From: Psammoneis japonica
Lineage: Eukaryota
Length of the DNA: 64,000 nt
Assembly: GCA_008632985.1 (NCBI GenBank)
Contig: QPGO01000111.1
Location: 186,001-250,000, forward strand
Reading direction: 5' to 3'
The position numbers were made by a program, and so were the translations under genes. This document shows, in pieces, positions 1 to 13,178 of this stretch. Within the stretch, counting starts at the first letter, position 1; each line of letters opens with the position of its first letter. Under the pieces are notes generated by a model. The model made no database searches and had not been told where the DNA came from. It saw nothing but the letters and a program-made list of their open reading frames with translations.

Positions 1-3000
1 CCAAATGTTGCAGAAGAGGCGACAGTCCATCACTCATCAAAAAATGCAAAATGACCAACAAGCTGACACAATCTGGCAGTCATGATGTCTTCAAGAGCAA
101 GTCACAGCATGGCCAAAGTTCGCTTTGCCAACCAAGATGCCTTTGATGAGATGGCAGACTTTGTGTTTTGTGACAACAGCTTTTGCTTGGAGCAGCTTGC
201 CAGTCAACATCAAGTGCTGTTTCTTTGCCTAGGCAGAGGGGGGAAACAAGCCCACTTGCTCTGGCCAATGTGGCGCACAGCAAGAATGACAGCCAAGAGC
301 CAAAGGTTGCATTTCAGCCTCATGATGCCAAACCAATTTGCATCAAGCATTGACTTTCTGGAAGTGACGGCTGGGAACAATGCACAGTTGTGGGTGGCAA
401 AGTGAGAGAATGCGTGAAAAATGGCGTCCATGATTTTTTGACCTTGAGTCCAGAACTCGTCCAACAACACTGCAAGGAACCTGCCAAGATGGACGCTGCT
501 TGCAACAAGCACATCATGGCAGCAGCAAAAGCATTGTCAACATGTGGTCTTTTGAAAGAAGTCAATGAGAAACAATCTTTTTTGGTGCTCTCATTGATGA
601 GTGCAACAAGCCTGTGCATGAGCTGCTGCTTGATTTCATTGGTGAGGGGGGCAACTCTTGTTGGCAAGGGGCAAAAGCAGACCTCAAGAACCAACAAGCT
701 CTTCTTTTTTGTGCAACATTGTTGCTGCCAGAGGCTTTAAAAAAAAAGGAAAAAAACAGGGGTTGCAACAAGCAAAAGTTTGGGTCACTGGTGTGCTCCC
801 CATTGCTTTGAAATGCGCCAGTGATTTCAACCCTGAACTGCTCATGTTTCAGTTGATCTTTGCCACTGCCATCAGCCCACTGGATGAAGATGTCAATTGT
901 GTGCTGAATGCTGTTGATGGGTGCTTTCCATTTTGGGATGGAGGCCAAGAGAAAGCATGTGTGCCGGCTGCCATTGGCGAATTGGCGAGTTGTCTCTGCT
1001 TTGTTTTGGAAACTCCACTCTGCCAGCACACAAGGGTGGTCAACAGCATGACAAATGCCCTTCTTGCAGATCAAAGCAGAAGTGCGTCGTTGCAAATGCT
1101 GTTCATGCTTCTTGTTGAGACTGAGGCCCCCAGCACATGCCATCTGCAGTGTGTGATGTCATGCAAAAGCAGAGTGCCCTTCATGACATTGCCCATGACT
1201 TGAGTTTAAACAAGCAGATTGTTTGAGAGCTCATGGAAACCCTTGACCTTGGCAACATTCCACACAATCCCATTCACCTGGCAGATTGTCTCACTCTGCT
1301 TGTCCACCTTAAAACAGCATCTGTGCGCCAACTTTGTAGCCAGGTGGTCTTCCAGGCAACAAGCACGCACTTGCTTTCGCACTCCCTTTTTCATGTGACT
1401 TTTGGAAAACTCTCTTCAAGAACCTCTGTTTTGTGCAGAATTGTTGAGTGCACTCCACCTGGTATGCAACACACAAATCAGAGATTTCATGCAAACGCTG
1501 CTCAAGTTGGGCATGTCTCTTTGGTCTGATGGGAAGAGATGGCAAGAAGAAGCAACAGAACACTGGAGCTTAGTTTTGAGGATTTTTGATTGGAGAACTG
1601 GCAAATTTGCTCTGGTCTGAAGATGCAGCAATGACTTGAGAGAATGTTGTGAACTCTGGCCATGCCAATGTGAGAGTTGCAGGAAAAGGGACAGTTCTTC
1701 TTTTGGATTTGAAACAAAAGCCGATGACTGCTGCACCGGTGTGGAGACAATTGGCTGACTTTGTTGTCATGATGTGCAACAATGGAAAGTCGTTCAAGGT
1801 CAAGTCGTGACCTGTGGCAATGCTTGACACATTGTCGCCGACTGGTTCAGTGCAATTAATTTCATTCACAGTTGTCCAGAACTCAGAGGCCAGGACAACA
1901 CAGTTGACTTCCTTTCACTTGAGCAATGCAACTGCAATTGTGATTTTTCATTGTTGTTTTGATGCGCAACACTGCTCTCATGCAACTCTTTTTTTTTCAG
2001 CTGCAAAAAAGCTGCCAGCGACAGGCGTTGATGCATGCCCAGCAGTGGCCTGCGTGTGTGCGAGGAAGAATGGTGCTTCGAAACAGAGCAGCTCACCCGA
2101 GGAACCTCTGTGGTGCTTTTGCACATGTTGTGCCCACTGCACCACAGAAGGAATGAAATTAGCGGCATGGTGCCATTTCATTTGTGAAATTGACAAATGG
2201 GGATTCACTTGTCGCAGCTGCCTGGAGGAGACCACGAATCCTCTGTGTGATCGCATGTGTGCAACGAACGCGCAGCTTTTTTGGCTTTCACCAATTCAAT
2301 CCAATCTTAAAATTTACAACACTTCTTACAGCGGCCACCTGCAAAAGCTCAGTCATGCCTGTGTTTCCCTTTCAATCCACAGCTGTGGACAGGGGCAGAA
2401 CGTCATTCACAAAACACACACAATTTTGCACACAAGCAGTGGGGCGAACGACACTGTCTGGCTTGTTCAGGCAGCATCTGATGAGATCGCAGTTGTTTTG
2501 CCACTGCTGCTGCCTTTGACCAATGGTGCTTGAAACCAGCATTCTCGGCTTGCACAGTCTCCACTTGTCGTGCAAACCACCTTCCAAATGGGGTGTGGGT
2601 GGATGGGTTGTTGAAGAAGAAGGCAAATTCTTCCTCAACGAGTCATCCAGAATGCTGTCAACTGTGTGATTTTTCAGCGGCTCGCATTTGAAGCTTCCAC
2701 ATGTCCCACGCTGTGTTCCACAACTGTTGAATCAATCAAGACAGCAACCCACCTCAAACCTGTGTTCCTTCGTTCGATGAACTCATGGCAGTCATTGGCA
2801 CAATCAATCAACAAACATTCATGCACTTGACGCCCGTTGCATGCTGGTTCTAGACATTTGCTTTTATCCAACATAGTGCCACTTTCACAGTGTGCCATGT
2901 ACATGGATTTGCAGTCAGAGCAAACGAATGAGTTCCGATTTAGACTTCTTTGATGCGTGTTTGACTTTGACTTCTTCGGGGGCGCAGGGGCACATCTCTT

Positions 3001-3100
3001 TGCATTTGCACCCCCTCACTCTTTGTAAGACAGACACATGACCCATGGAGCATTAGCGGTGCCACTGGCAAAACACTTGGCCCTTGCTGTTTCGCATCCT
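1..3100. mobile_element. Degenerate TpA-depleted repeat-like DNA, unclassified
   Basis: Almost no TA dinucleotides, CA/TG excess, and Cys/His-rich, Tyr-poor pseudo-ORFs in all frames. Composition matches the identifiable TE relics at 14.8-17.4 kb. No diagnostic domain recognised. Confidence 0.45.
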
Positions 3101-3109
3101 CCCTGAGCA

Positions 3110-3465
3110 CTAACTGATTGTGCACGCGCTGTCGGATTTGCCCTCCAACTTCTCACGGAGCTCCTTCTCAACGCTGTCGCATGATGTTGCAAAGTGCTCC
3201 CTATCTGGAAGCTTGTTGAAATCATGATCATGCACGAGCTTGTTGCGAATCGTCACGAGACCCGAAGCTTCTTCACCGTGTCCCTTGAGAGGCCAGCGGC
3301 ATCCTGCGCATGCGTTGTTTTGTCGTGAAGACCTGTTTGCTTGTCATTCGGAGCACCGAACCCTGTCTCTAGTAGGTGCTCGAGATCTTTAGTTGCTCTT
3401 ATGACGAGTTCGAAGTCATTATTGTATTGCAGATACGACGTCGAGCTGGAGAACGTTGCGCCCAT
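3110..3465 (-). pseudogene. Small HEPN-like (RxxxxH) protein with N-myristoylation-like start and C-terminal CaaX; frameshifted
   Basis: Reads MGATFS...KDLEHLLE...KKLR, then a 1-nt frameshift at ~3261, continuing LVTIRNKLVHDHDFNKLPDREHF...SACTIS to TAG at 3110-3112. Confidence 0.6.
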
Positions 3466-3634
3466 TGTGGTTTGCTGCGGTGCAATGAAAAAATATGGTG
3501 GGCATGCATGGGATCGGCTCGCGCGAGAGGCTGTTTGCGCGGTGCATGTTTGCGCTGAGTCAGAGTAGAATCCGGGTTATCGACTGCCTTTTGCATCCTA
3601 TCATCACATTTTTTTTCGCTTCCTAGAACCAACG

Positions 3635-4174
3635 ATGAAGCTTTTGCAGCTTTTCTTACTGTCCTTGGCAACATGCCACGCGTTCGTCACCCACAGTTCT
3701 TTTAGGGCTGGCACCGGTTTGTCCTTGTACAGTTCTTCGCAGCCAAAACCGGCGTACAACAGAGCGCAGCAAAGATGGGAATACACGTCGGATGCTCAAG
3801 AACCATCGGCAGGATACGACACTGTTGGAACGCTGCTAAGACACGGGCCCAAGCCCTTCTTCAATCGCGTCTTTGATACCGACAATTACGAACAAGCTAT
3901 TCTCAAATTCATGGCCAAGGAAGGCTGTGATCGCAACGAAGCCCAGGGCAACATGGACGCTTACTTGCGAAACCCAAACGACTGGGCTTACTACCGAAAC
4001 GAAGAGAAAAAGACTGGATTCCGGCCCGACTATGTGACGCTAAACAAGGATCAGGTAGTTCTCACTGGAACTTGGGGTGTCAGCGTCACTTTGATTCTTT
4101 CCCGGCTTGCGTACTGCTTGGCAACGCATACCGCCTTTTGGGATTTGCCAATGCTTGGTCTTCATCCGAAATAA
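3635..4174 (+). CDS. Hypothetical plastid-targeted protein with C-terminal TM helix
   Basis: Clean 179-aa ORF. Signal peptide MKLLQLFLLSLATCHA-F (ASAFAP-like), Ser/Arg-rich transit region, hydrophobic C-terminal segment. Confidence 0.8.
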   Translation: MKLLQLFLLSLATCHAFVTHSSFRAGTGLSLYSSSQPKPAYNRAQQRWEYTSDAQEPSAGYDTVGTLLRHGPKPFFNRVFDTDNYEQAILKFMAKEGCDRNEAQGNMDAYLRNPNDWAYYRNEEKKTGFRPDYVTLNKDQVVLTGTWGVSVTLILSRLAYCLATHTAFWDLPMLGLHPK

Positions 4175-4492
4175 GAGAAGCATTAAGGCAACGAGAGGGA
4201 GGACATTTGCATGCCATTTCCGTTTGGGAGTGTTTCCTCTGATGCAGAGACCCTACGTCGTGTCGTCTAAAGTGATACATAGGAACTTGAACCTGAGATA
4301 AACTTGTTTTACCTTTCATTCAATATAATGTATACTCCCACTCGAGTAGACGTTGCTGCTGTGCTGTTTGTGAAAGGTTCGCATACAAATTGATGGCAAT
4401 GTGATGAGTGATCTATGAATGCTTTTACAATCCCCTACCCCCTACTTAATGACAAAGAGTGAGTTGCGACGCTGCCAACTAGTTCTTTCTCC

Positions 4493-6536
4493 TTAATCCT
4501 CCTCATCCATATCGGAGCGCTTCACGAAACGACCTTGATGCGTGGACGACTATCGGCAAGCTTCTTCCTACAATCGTATTTGATACGCTTTCTCCAGATA
4601 CGCATTTTACGCTTGGAATGGAATTTGGCAATTCGTTCCTTGCGTGCTTCAGGGAGGTATATGCCGATCCTGCCGTCTTTGTTGAGAAGTTCCATTTGAA
4701 AGGTAGAGTGGTGTGCCATGTTGGACCCGCTTAAAGAACTCGGCAACGTGGCCATTTGTGCAGATGACGAGGATTTCACAAGAGATGGTGCCGACACCGG
4801 GCCAGCGTGTGATATTTTTCGTTGGGGTATGGGATACGGTGCGCTTGTGCTGTTTCCAATCGCAGCAACGCCAACGGGTGGCGCGCCGACTTCTGAACTG
4901 CTAGGCAACCTGATTGACAGAGAGAGCAAGACGAAGTAAGTCAAAACATATCTCCATAATGACGCTGGCAGAAACGCGGAGCTCACTTACGTAGGGGCAG
5001 GGACGAATCCCGGTTCGTTCATGATCGCCACCTCCTCGTTGATGGTAATGTCAATTGAATTTCCGCGAGACTTGAGCAAGGCATTCTCCTCCAGAACTCC
5101 GCCATCCCTGAAACTGCATGGGTCAAAAATGATAGAATCGCCCCTTGGCCTGCCTGTAGGTGCTGATGATGCAGTTTGGTCGGGTGCTGGGGGAAGCGGT
5201 TCATCATGGTTCAGTCCAAATGAAAAGAATTCAAAAGACATCGCCCGATCTCTACCAACAATGATTAGGTCAGAGTTGTTAGCTGAATCCGCAGGGTGCT
5301 GCACCTTTACTTGCTGAGTATCAGCAGGACCTACAGCTTTGTCGTGTGTACCTGCCGCAGATGCAGGAGCCGGAGGTGGAGCACCACCCGACACCGTCGC
5401 GGAAATTGGCGGAAGCGGTGCGGTCTTGGAGAGCTCAGACTGTTGGTGTATGGCGCCAACAATACCTAAATCGGGAAAATCAAGTCCGGCGGCTGCAGAA
5501 CACAAGAGTCAGGAAGGCTGTAAGTACCACGATGACGGGTGATGGCCGTAGAGAAAGAACAAGATACAAGGGACTTACGGTCGATATCAATTGAAAAGAT
5601 TCTACCCCGTCTTGCTCGCACATCTGCTGCTACCACCGCGGGAGCAGCGCTTTCTGAAATTTGAGGCCGCGGTTGTGAGGTTGCCTGAGAAGCCACAGTA
5701 GGAAGCGGGCACGCAACTCCATCTGGAGCTGCAGGCAGAGCAGCAGGCACAGTCTGTAATGGGTTGGATGAAGAGGGAACGGAATGGTCTAGGTGGAAAT
5801 CCACAGGTTCTTTGGCAGCGTTTGCACCAACAGGTATGGCCTGCTCCTTACCCGGCGGCGTTGAATTCGCCAATGGGTTTGGTACGCCTGTACAAGATAG
5901 CTGTTTATCCGAAACTGGAACCTCAACCACCTTGGTTTCATTATCCGCAACGGAATGAGATACTGAAGCTTCTGTCTCCAAAGAAGGAGCTGCAGAGGAG
6001 GATGAAGTAGATTGCGAGGCTTCAACTGCCTTTGCCGTCTCCTTCGAATTTGATCTAGTTGTGCGTATAGTCTCGGCCGACCCACCGCTGGGATCACGAG
6101 AAGTACCACTAGAGTTTGAACGAGTCACGCGCCCACCAGGCTCGGCAGCCGCTTCCTCTGCCTTCTCAGAGAGGCGCCTCCTCTTCCTCAGTCCGTATCG
6201 GTGGCTATTTGGCGACTCCCCACCACCTCCAGAGCTCTCAACCACGCTGTTAACTATAGCAACCGTCAGCATCCTGTTTTCGAGATGTTCAGTGTCAACA
6301 ATTGGATTGCCCTCCTCGTCATGGCTCGCAATCTCTTCGTCATCTTCCAGCATTAGCTTTTCTTCGGCTTGCGCCAACGCAGCATCTTCACCCGTCGCTG
6401 TGAAGGTGTCATCGTGATTCGTCTCCGCTTTCACGAGGGAAGGCTCTTCCTTTTTATGATTAGGCGTCGATCCTGATCGCAAAGTACGGGGTTCGACCTT
6501 TGGTAGGGACGCAACAACGGTGGAAGAATTCGTCAT
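4493..6536 (-). CDS. CCT-domain protein (CONSTANS/TOC1-type C-terminal motif), 3 exons
   Basis: GT-AG introns 5493-5578 and 4910-4990 join the three ORFs in frame. C-terminus reads RKERIAKFHSKRKMRIWRKRIKYDCRKKLADSRPRIK. Restoring one missing G at ~4534 gives the canonical GRFVK and a TAA at 4493-4495. Confidence 0.88.
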
Positions 6537-8108
6537 GTTGAACTACGTGTAGCTGAAAGAGATGCAAGAAAGGAGCAGAGGCAAGTTTGTTTTTCAAAAA
6601 TCGGTTGGCGATGAGTGATGTGTTTTTCTACGTCAGTTTGAACGGCAAAACAATAGTGAGCAAAACGACAGAAACGTCATTGGATTGTGCATTCTCGTTG
6701 GATAAAAAAATAGCAATGCATTCTCATTTAAGGACATGACGTCACATACGACAAAAAGCGAGACATTTTCAACAATGGACCCAGTTACGAGTGGAAGTCT
6801 GGAGATTGGCCATGATGAACCGAATCTGCCTTAACATGGCATTGGACACGCATAAGACAACAAACAAGGTACTGGTTCGACTTTGAGCACCGTTTGCGAG
6901 ATTTGCAAGTCACAGAAGTACAGAAAGACAGCTAGCCAGCACAAAACTACCGGCATTCACCAAAACTTGAACTCTAGTAGACTCTAGGATTCTGCATTCA
7001 GTACAATTGCAAAAGGCCCGTATGCGATACTCTTCAAACAAGCCATGTATAAGACCAATGACAACATTCGCGACTAAAACAAAACAAATCAACAAAACAA
7101 ACGATCGCCTCATAGGATGGATAGGTAACTGTAGTTGATCCAAGATCAAGCAAACTAGCGACTCTAGCAACCACCCAATCTCTTGTTCAACAGACAATAC
7201 CATTGACAAAGCCTCTGACTTTACCATTATATTCAGACAAGAATGTAGATTGGAATGGCACTCAAAATACGCCCAAATTGGATAGAATTTGAGCGCCAAA
7301 AACAGGTTCACATCAAGGCAAGAAGGAGAACGCGTCGAGGCACAAACAAGTCGTTCGACCTTGTTGAGCAAGGCGATTTCTTTACACACTGAGGGGGGAA
7401 CAATAGCAAACAATATGAATGCGCGTGACTCGGCCGTATCCAAAAACATGGCAATAACGCATTGACCAGAACGCATCATAGCAGCACAAGCAGGTAAATC
7501 ACGGGCTTCGGTTTCGTTACGCTTCTTGATCATTTTGGTGGTTGTTTGTGACGTCTTTGACCTTACCTTTTGAGTGATTCGTCTCGAAAGAATTTGAGAC
7601 GTAACAGAGAGGGATATGTTTGTCGTGGATTGCGAAGGGTTGCTCTTGGTTGAAAGCTCGAAGCAGTGCAAAAGAGATGAACAAAAGGAAAAAGATCTTC
7701 GTGCTTCTTCGCGATGAGTCGGTGGCGGCGGGCGTGTCACCCCGCGTTGCAGTTGGAAATCTTTTATCGAAACTTTAGCAATGTAGATGAGAACTGATAA
7801 GTACGAAATCGATTACTTAAGCAGTTGAATGACTGCCTTTATGTAACATCAACATTTCAAAATTTTACTTAAAGTCTCAAGAGGCGATTTCTGTCCATAT
7901 ATGTATTGGAGCATAAGAATATTAATGATTCGGCATCTGGTAAGTATTAGCGTAGAATTCTACGAATCGTCCTTTAGTAAACGGTAACAAGGCGCGAAAG
8001 ACGGGGACCAGAAGATGAACAAAAGAACAAAAGCTTGGCCGCAACCGGCAACAACCTATCACGCCCGTGTCGTCTCTGTATTCCATCTTGCAGTCATCCT
8101 TTTTTACC

Positions 8109-8653
8109 ATGAGACAACTGAAGCACCACGAGAAGAAGCTGCTGAGAAAGGTATCGCTGTATTCCTGGAAGGGCGACGAAAACATTCGCGTGTCGAAAAT
8201 TCTGAGACGCTATCACATTCAGAACCGAGAAGACTACGTTTCCTACTCTCGCATTTGCGGCATGGTAACCAAGCTGACTGCCAAACTCAAGACACTCAAA
8301 AGCGACGATCCCTTTCGAATCGCCATGACAGATCAACTGCTTCAGAAACTGTATGATATGGGAATCATTACGACAACGAAATCCTTGCAAAAGGCCGAAG
8401 AAATCACGGTGTCGTCGCTGTGTCGAAGAAGACTTCCCGTCGTGTTGGTGAGATTGAAAATGGCGGAAACCATGAAGGTGGCAGTGACGTTTGTAGAACA
8501 AGGGCAAGTACGAGTAGGACAAATGTCGTGACGGATCCAGCATTTTTGGTGTCCAAGAGTACAGAGGACTTTGTCACGTGGGTCGACACGTCCAAGGTTC
8601 GACGAGCGGTGCACAAGTACAATGACAAACTGGATGATTTTGATCTGCTGTAA
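8109..8653 (+). CDS. IMP3: U3 snoRNP protein IMP3 (S4-like domain)
   Basis: [15 protein letters not shown]...[18 protein letters not shown]...[10 protein letters not shown] / [42 protein letters not shown]. One 1-nt deletion at ~8520. Confidence 0.93.
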
Positions 8654-9063
8654 TTGGCTATTGTATACATAGACTCAAATTATGAGAGCTTCTAGTGTGT
8701 TTTGTGTCATTTTCATTGGAGCACTCCATCTTGTACGGATGCTTTTCTCTTTCGATGATGATGGTCTATTCGACATTTGGATTTGAAGCGTAGCGTACTC
8801 AGAACACGAAATCATACGTCGACCAATAAGTTGTCAAGTCCTTACTCGTTTACAGGTTCTAGAGTTTTTTTTCTATGGTAAGATGCGACGCGAGCAACAG
8901 GAGATGTGATGCCCCTACCGGTAGTGTAGAAGAGATCATTAAAGAGAGTCAACTGCAGCTGTACAGCACTAATATTTACTACTAGAGTTAGAGTCGAATC
9001 ATGGAACCTCGAACGTATGGTATCATCACTCTGCCACTACGTACAGAGCCATTGTGAGGACTA

Positions 9064-9150
9064 CGTGCGCAAGGTTGAATCGAACAACTGGGCCGCTAAG
9101 CCCCCACAGGTTTGAAGCCTGCACCCACCACCAGGCAGGATCATGCACAC
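9064..9150 (-). tRNA. tRNA-Sec (anticodon UCA)
   Basis: Minus strand reads GTGTGCATGATCCTGCCTGGTGGTGGGTGCAGGCTTCAAACCTGTGGGGGCTTAGCGGCCCAGTTGTTCGATTCAACCTTGCGCACG (87 nt). It has the eukaryotic 9/4 fold, a long D-stem, the CAGG-CTTCAAA-CCTG anticodon arm, a long variable arm and a G discriminator. Confidence 0.95.
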
Positions 9151-9323
9151 TGATTTTGTTTAAAGAATAGCTAAGTTACACAATAGGAAAAGTAGAAACC
9201 CATATGGGTAGACCTCGGCGTCTTGCGACACGTCAACAGTCAACAATAAGCATCTTCTCCCATTCAATTTTTACTTATGTATATGAAACAACCCATTCTA
9301 AAAACAATAGTCCTGCCAGATCT

Positions 9324-10207
9324 CTAGGCACGTCCAAGAGAAGCCAACTTCTTGGCTTCTTCCACGGCCATGGCCTTGGCTCTCTTGTCAAGCTTGGCTT
9401 GAGTCTTGAGACCCATGATTCCACCACCCCACTTACGGATCAAATCGGCATTATCATTGTACTTTTCCTTTGCCAAATCTTGCAAAAGCTTGAGCTGAGC
9501 CGAGTCCTCCTTGCCCACGGAGGTAAGAGCCACACAGGCGGCGGTCTTCATGTGCACCAGGGCACCGAGACGGGCCTTATCCTTGACAATCATAAAGGGA
9601 ACATCCATCTTGCGGCACAGAGCAGGCATCCACAGTACGAGTTCAATGGGATCCACATCGTTGGCAATCAACACGAGCGATGCCTTCTTTTCTTCAATCA
9701 GGGTAGTCACGTGCTTGAGACCATACTTGACTTGATTGGGAGCCTTACTGGATGAGTCCTTGCCGGACGCAGCTCCTGCGGCAGCTTCCTTGATGCGTTG
9801 CTTCTTGGCAGCGGGTGTTTCCGGTCGGTACTTGTTGAGCAACGTAAAAACAGTCATGGCTTCGTTCTTGTTGATCGTCTTGGTGAATTGATTGATGGCC
9901 GGGGGGACCTTGAGACGTTGGTACAAGACGGCACGTTGGCGTTGGAGACGCACATATTGAGGCCAACGGACAAAGCGAGACAAGTCACGGCCCTTGGGAC
10001 GGATCGCTCCTCCAATGTTGGTGGCACGAGGACGAGGCGGAAAGAGGGGGTCCGCAGCCTTGGCGGGCTTGGCCTTTTCAGCAACCTTCTTGGAGCCTTT
10101 CTTTGGTGCCTTTATAGAATGAAAGAGAAACAGAGAGTGCTTGTAAGTATAAAGAGAGAGCCAGGGAGCAACTCGACGAGGAACATTGTCGTTGATAAAC
10201 TCACCAT
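9324..10207 (-). CDS. RPL7A: 60S ribosomal protein L7a (eL8)
   Basis: ATG mini-exon 10205-10207, intron 10110-10204, then APKKGSKK...RDLSRFVRWPQYVRLQRQR...KVPPAINQF...IANDVDPIELVLWMPALCRKM...WGGGIMGLKTQAK. Confidence 0.97.
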
Positions 10208-10732
10208 GATGTTGAGATCTGATACAACAAAAATGAGCAGAGCCGCACGTTTATCCAGCCAACGGTGGTATGTTGCCTACGAAGATCTACCGGTACGTAA
10301 AACATGGAGGTAGAAATTTTAGTAAGTACGGTAACATGTGAAGATATTATTTCATTTAGGCGGACGTAACCTTACCGGTATTTTCGCTTCCCGGGACTCA
10401 CCCGTGACTCCAGACAACACTCGCAATAACGCGCGCGGACTTGCTTTTTATTGACACATAGAAGTAGTATACCATGATGGATGTCGATGGATGCAAAGCG
10501 ATTGATAATCATGGAACCGATCCATGCATGTGTCATTGTGACCTGTAAAGTAGCGAGGAGATGACAGTCCAAGTGTCGATCTGCACTGGATCGTAGATTG
10601 ACGAGATGAGTGTTCTCTTTTCCGTTTTGCTGGATGCTTCTTCGATGTTCCGCCCCTAAGGAGTTCTCATTCAATCACGAGCTCAAAAAAAATTTCGTAC
10701 ATTACAAAATGATCAAACAAGAAGAATTGAAA

Positions 10733-12226
10733 ATGGAAAGTCGCAAAAGCTGGGGGTGGTGGGTACTACTGTTTATATTCTTTACCTTTCCCCTTCAAAC
10801 AACAAGTCGTGTTGATGCAGCAGCTCGTTACACAACTCGGATGGATCCTGTAATTCAGGATCATATCGACTGGTTCGTTTCTCTCTTGAATGGAGCAGCC
10901 TTTGATTCCGCAGAGTTTCAGATCGATTTGCCGACGAGGCTCTTCTCAATTGTCGGCGGAAGCGTTTGAGGGTCTTGCGAGAGATATCGGAGAAAACGGA
11001 AAAGAGTGGACGGTAACTTCCATAATTTTAACAAGACCCAACGGAGCTGCTGTCCTTCTTGCTCCAGTTGCCGGTGAACCGGATTATGTCTTGCAAGTGT
11101 CCGTAAACGACAATGGAGAAATGGATGGATTCATAATCTCTCCATACGAACCGGCGCCGTCTCTGGAGGATCCACCAACAAGCATTGAGGAAGCTGTATC
11201 GAGGTTGGAGAATTTGGCAGAGAACTTTGCATACCTCGTGGCGGATGTTAGTGTGAATGAGCCATGGAAGTAGAGATAACTTCACTCATGGGTTCTCAGG
11301 AGGAAACAGTGCGCCTATTGTCTCCATGAACAAGTTGTACGTTCTGGGCGCTGTGGTGGATGCCGTGCAGGCTGGAACGATTGAGTGGAATCAAGAGGTG
11401 GAAATCGTCGATGCCTATCGCAGCTTGCCCACTGGTATTGTACAGAATGATCCGCCAACACGACACGAACGGTTAGGAGCTTGCGGAGTTTATGATTTCC
11501 ATCTCGGACAATACTGCTACGGATCATCTCATGGGACTGGTTGGCCGACCTGCCGTCGAAAGGGCGGTTCGAGATTACGGACACCACTTGCCTGAATTCA
11601 ATGAGCCGTTTTTGTTCTATCGAGAGTGGTTCATCCTCAACTAAACGGAACCACCAGTGACTCGAGTAACAATCCTATTTTGGGCCCCACGGGAATGGCG
11701 TATTTGGATGCTGATGATACAGATGAACGCCGCGTCATTCTCTCTCAGCTACAGAATACAACTGTGGACGGCCTTAATCTGTCTGTTTGGACAAAGCCAA
11801 TTGAAATTTGGATTTTGAATGGTTTGGCTCACCCCTTGATATGGTCAATGTCATTTCTATTCTGCGCCACAAGGACGAGGAAGCTGCGCGCATTTTGGCT
11901 ATAAACCCCGGAGCGGCAGACACAAGGGGTTGTGGTCCTACATTGGCTACAAAGGTGGTAGTGAACCTGGAGTTGTTGGTATGACTTGGTATCTCGAAGC
12001 TAAAGACAATGGTATCCCTGGTCGGGTCTTCACAGGGACAGTGTGGGACACTGCCATTGCTTTTAACAAGACGGAAGCCATCCTGCTTTTAAGTGCCATT
12101 CGTGATCTCTCGCGCCACATGGATTTAACGAGCACTGCCGGCAGTTTTGGGAAACGAGTACAGCCATCTCTGAACATGCCATTTGGTTTCTTGCTCCTGA
12201 GCTGCTTTTGGCTTCTTCGTTTGTGA
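10733..12226 (+). pseudogene. Secreted class A beta-lactamase-like serine hydrolase (actinobacterial LpqF/Cpe-like), multiply frameshifted
   Basis: Motifs spread across frames: signal peptide, SMNKLYVLGAV (SxxK), SLPTG, MISISDNTATDHLM (SDN), YIGYKGGSEPGV (KTG-equivalent), hydrophobic C-terminal tail. At least five frame changes are needed. Confidence 0.75.
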
Positions 12227-12449
12227 TCTTGAGCGAGATGAAACATCGGAAAAGCCTATGTGTATCCGTTGCTAAAAGTGAAAAAATATGCTCAAAATGA
12301 AGACAGACACCATGGAAAACTCTCAAGTGAACACGATGGTAAAGTCAGCGGCTACCTACAAAGATATGGCGGCCCACCGCGTTGCCATGATTTCGCGGCA
12401 AGATTTGCTGCCTAAAAGGCTTGTTCCCAGTCATCCATTTTCTGGACCG

Positions 12450-13178
12450 CATGGCGCAGAATCGCTTCGGTGAAACCGCTAAGGAAATCTACAAGCTCGT
12501 TACGAATCGGAAGCTGGCAATGCCTCTATGGCCTGAAAACTGCCACTTCAACAAGAAGCTCTCCATGAATGAGGAGGGATTCAGAAACAGGACCTTGGTG
12601 TTTTTGAATGATGCATCACGTGCTTTGGTGTTCTTCAAGGGCACCCGTCCTGAAGAGAGATGGGAAAGTTTCAAGTTTTGGATCATTACTACGGCCTGCT
12701 TGGAAATGTGAACGGTTGGCACACGATTACATGAAGCCGGCCCTCTCGCCCGAGAGAGTCTGTAGATTGTTCTGGAACTATTCGAGTACATCAGAAACGG
12801 TCCAGTAGGACTCGGCATCTGTAAGCTACTACCAGGGAACCAATCGTTGCGTCGGATAGTCACGTGCCATATTGCTTCCTTGACAATAGCAGCATAGGGT
12901 ATGTGCAGTATGGACTCAACATCTTGAAGCGTTTGAAGTCGTAACGGTACCATTTGCCTGTGATCGCGTTTCCCTCGAGAGTGCGGGAGGACATGTGCGC
13001 CCCAATGTTATTGGCCGATTGGCACAGCCTTTTTTACCCAAAGAAAAAACTCTTTGCATACCCAACCATCAAAGAAGAAAAGACAATTGTATTGATTACA
13101 GATACGCAGCAACAGTACGCTTGCAGTATTCCCGTTCCACCAAAGCCATGTAGGTCCATGGCTGGCATTTTCGCCTAA
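12450..13178 (+). pseudogene. Degenerate coding remnant, possibly class 3 lipase-like
   Basis: Protein-like fragment RTLVFLNDASRALVFFKGT resembles the lipase_3 'VVAFRGT' strand. No intact GxSxG motif seen; broken by stops. Confidence 0.25.

Noticed and set aside
6910..7740. 276-aa minus-strand ORF
   Set aside because: No recognisable domain and UTR-like composition. A short gene from the ATG near 7533 is possible but unsupported.
9204..10313. Long plus-strand ORFs over RPL7A (similar ones lie over the PPR, carbamoyltransferase and 59197-60069 genes)
   Set aside because: Antisense shadows of codon-biased genes.
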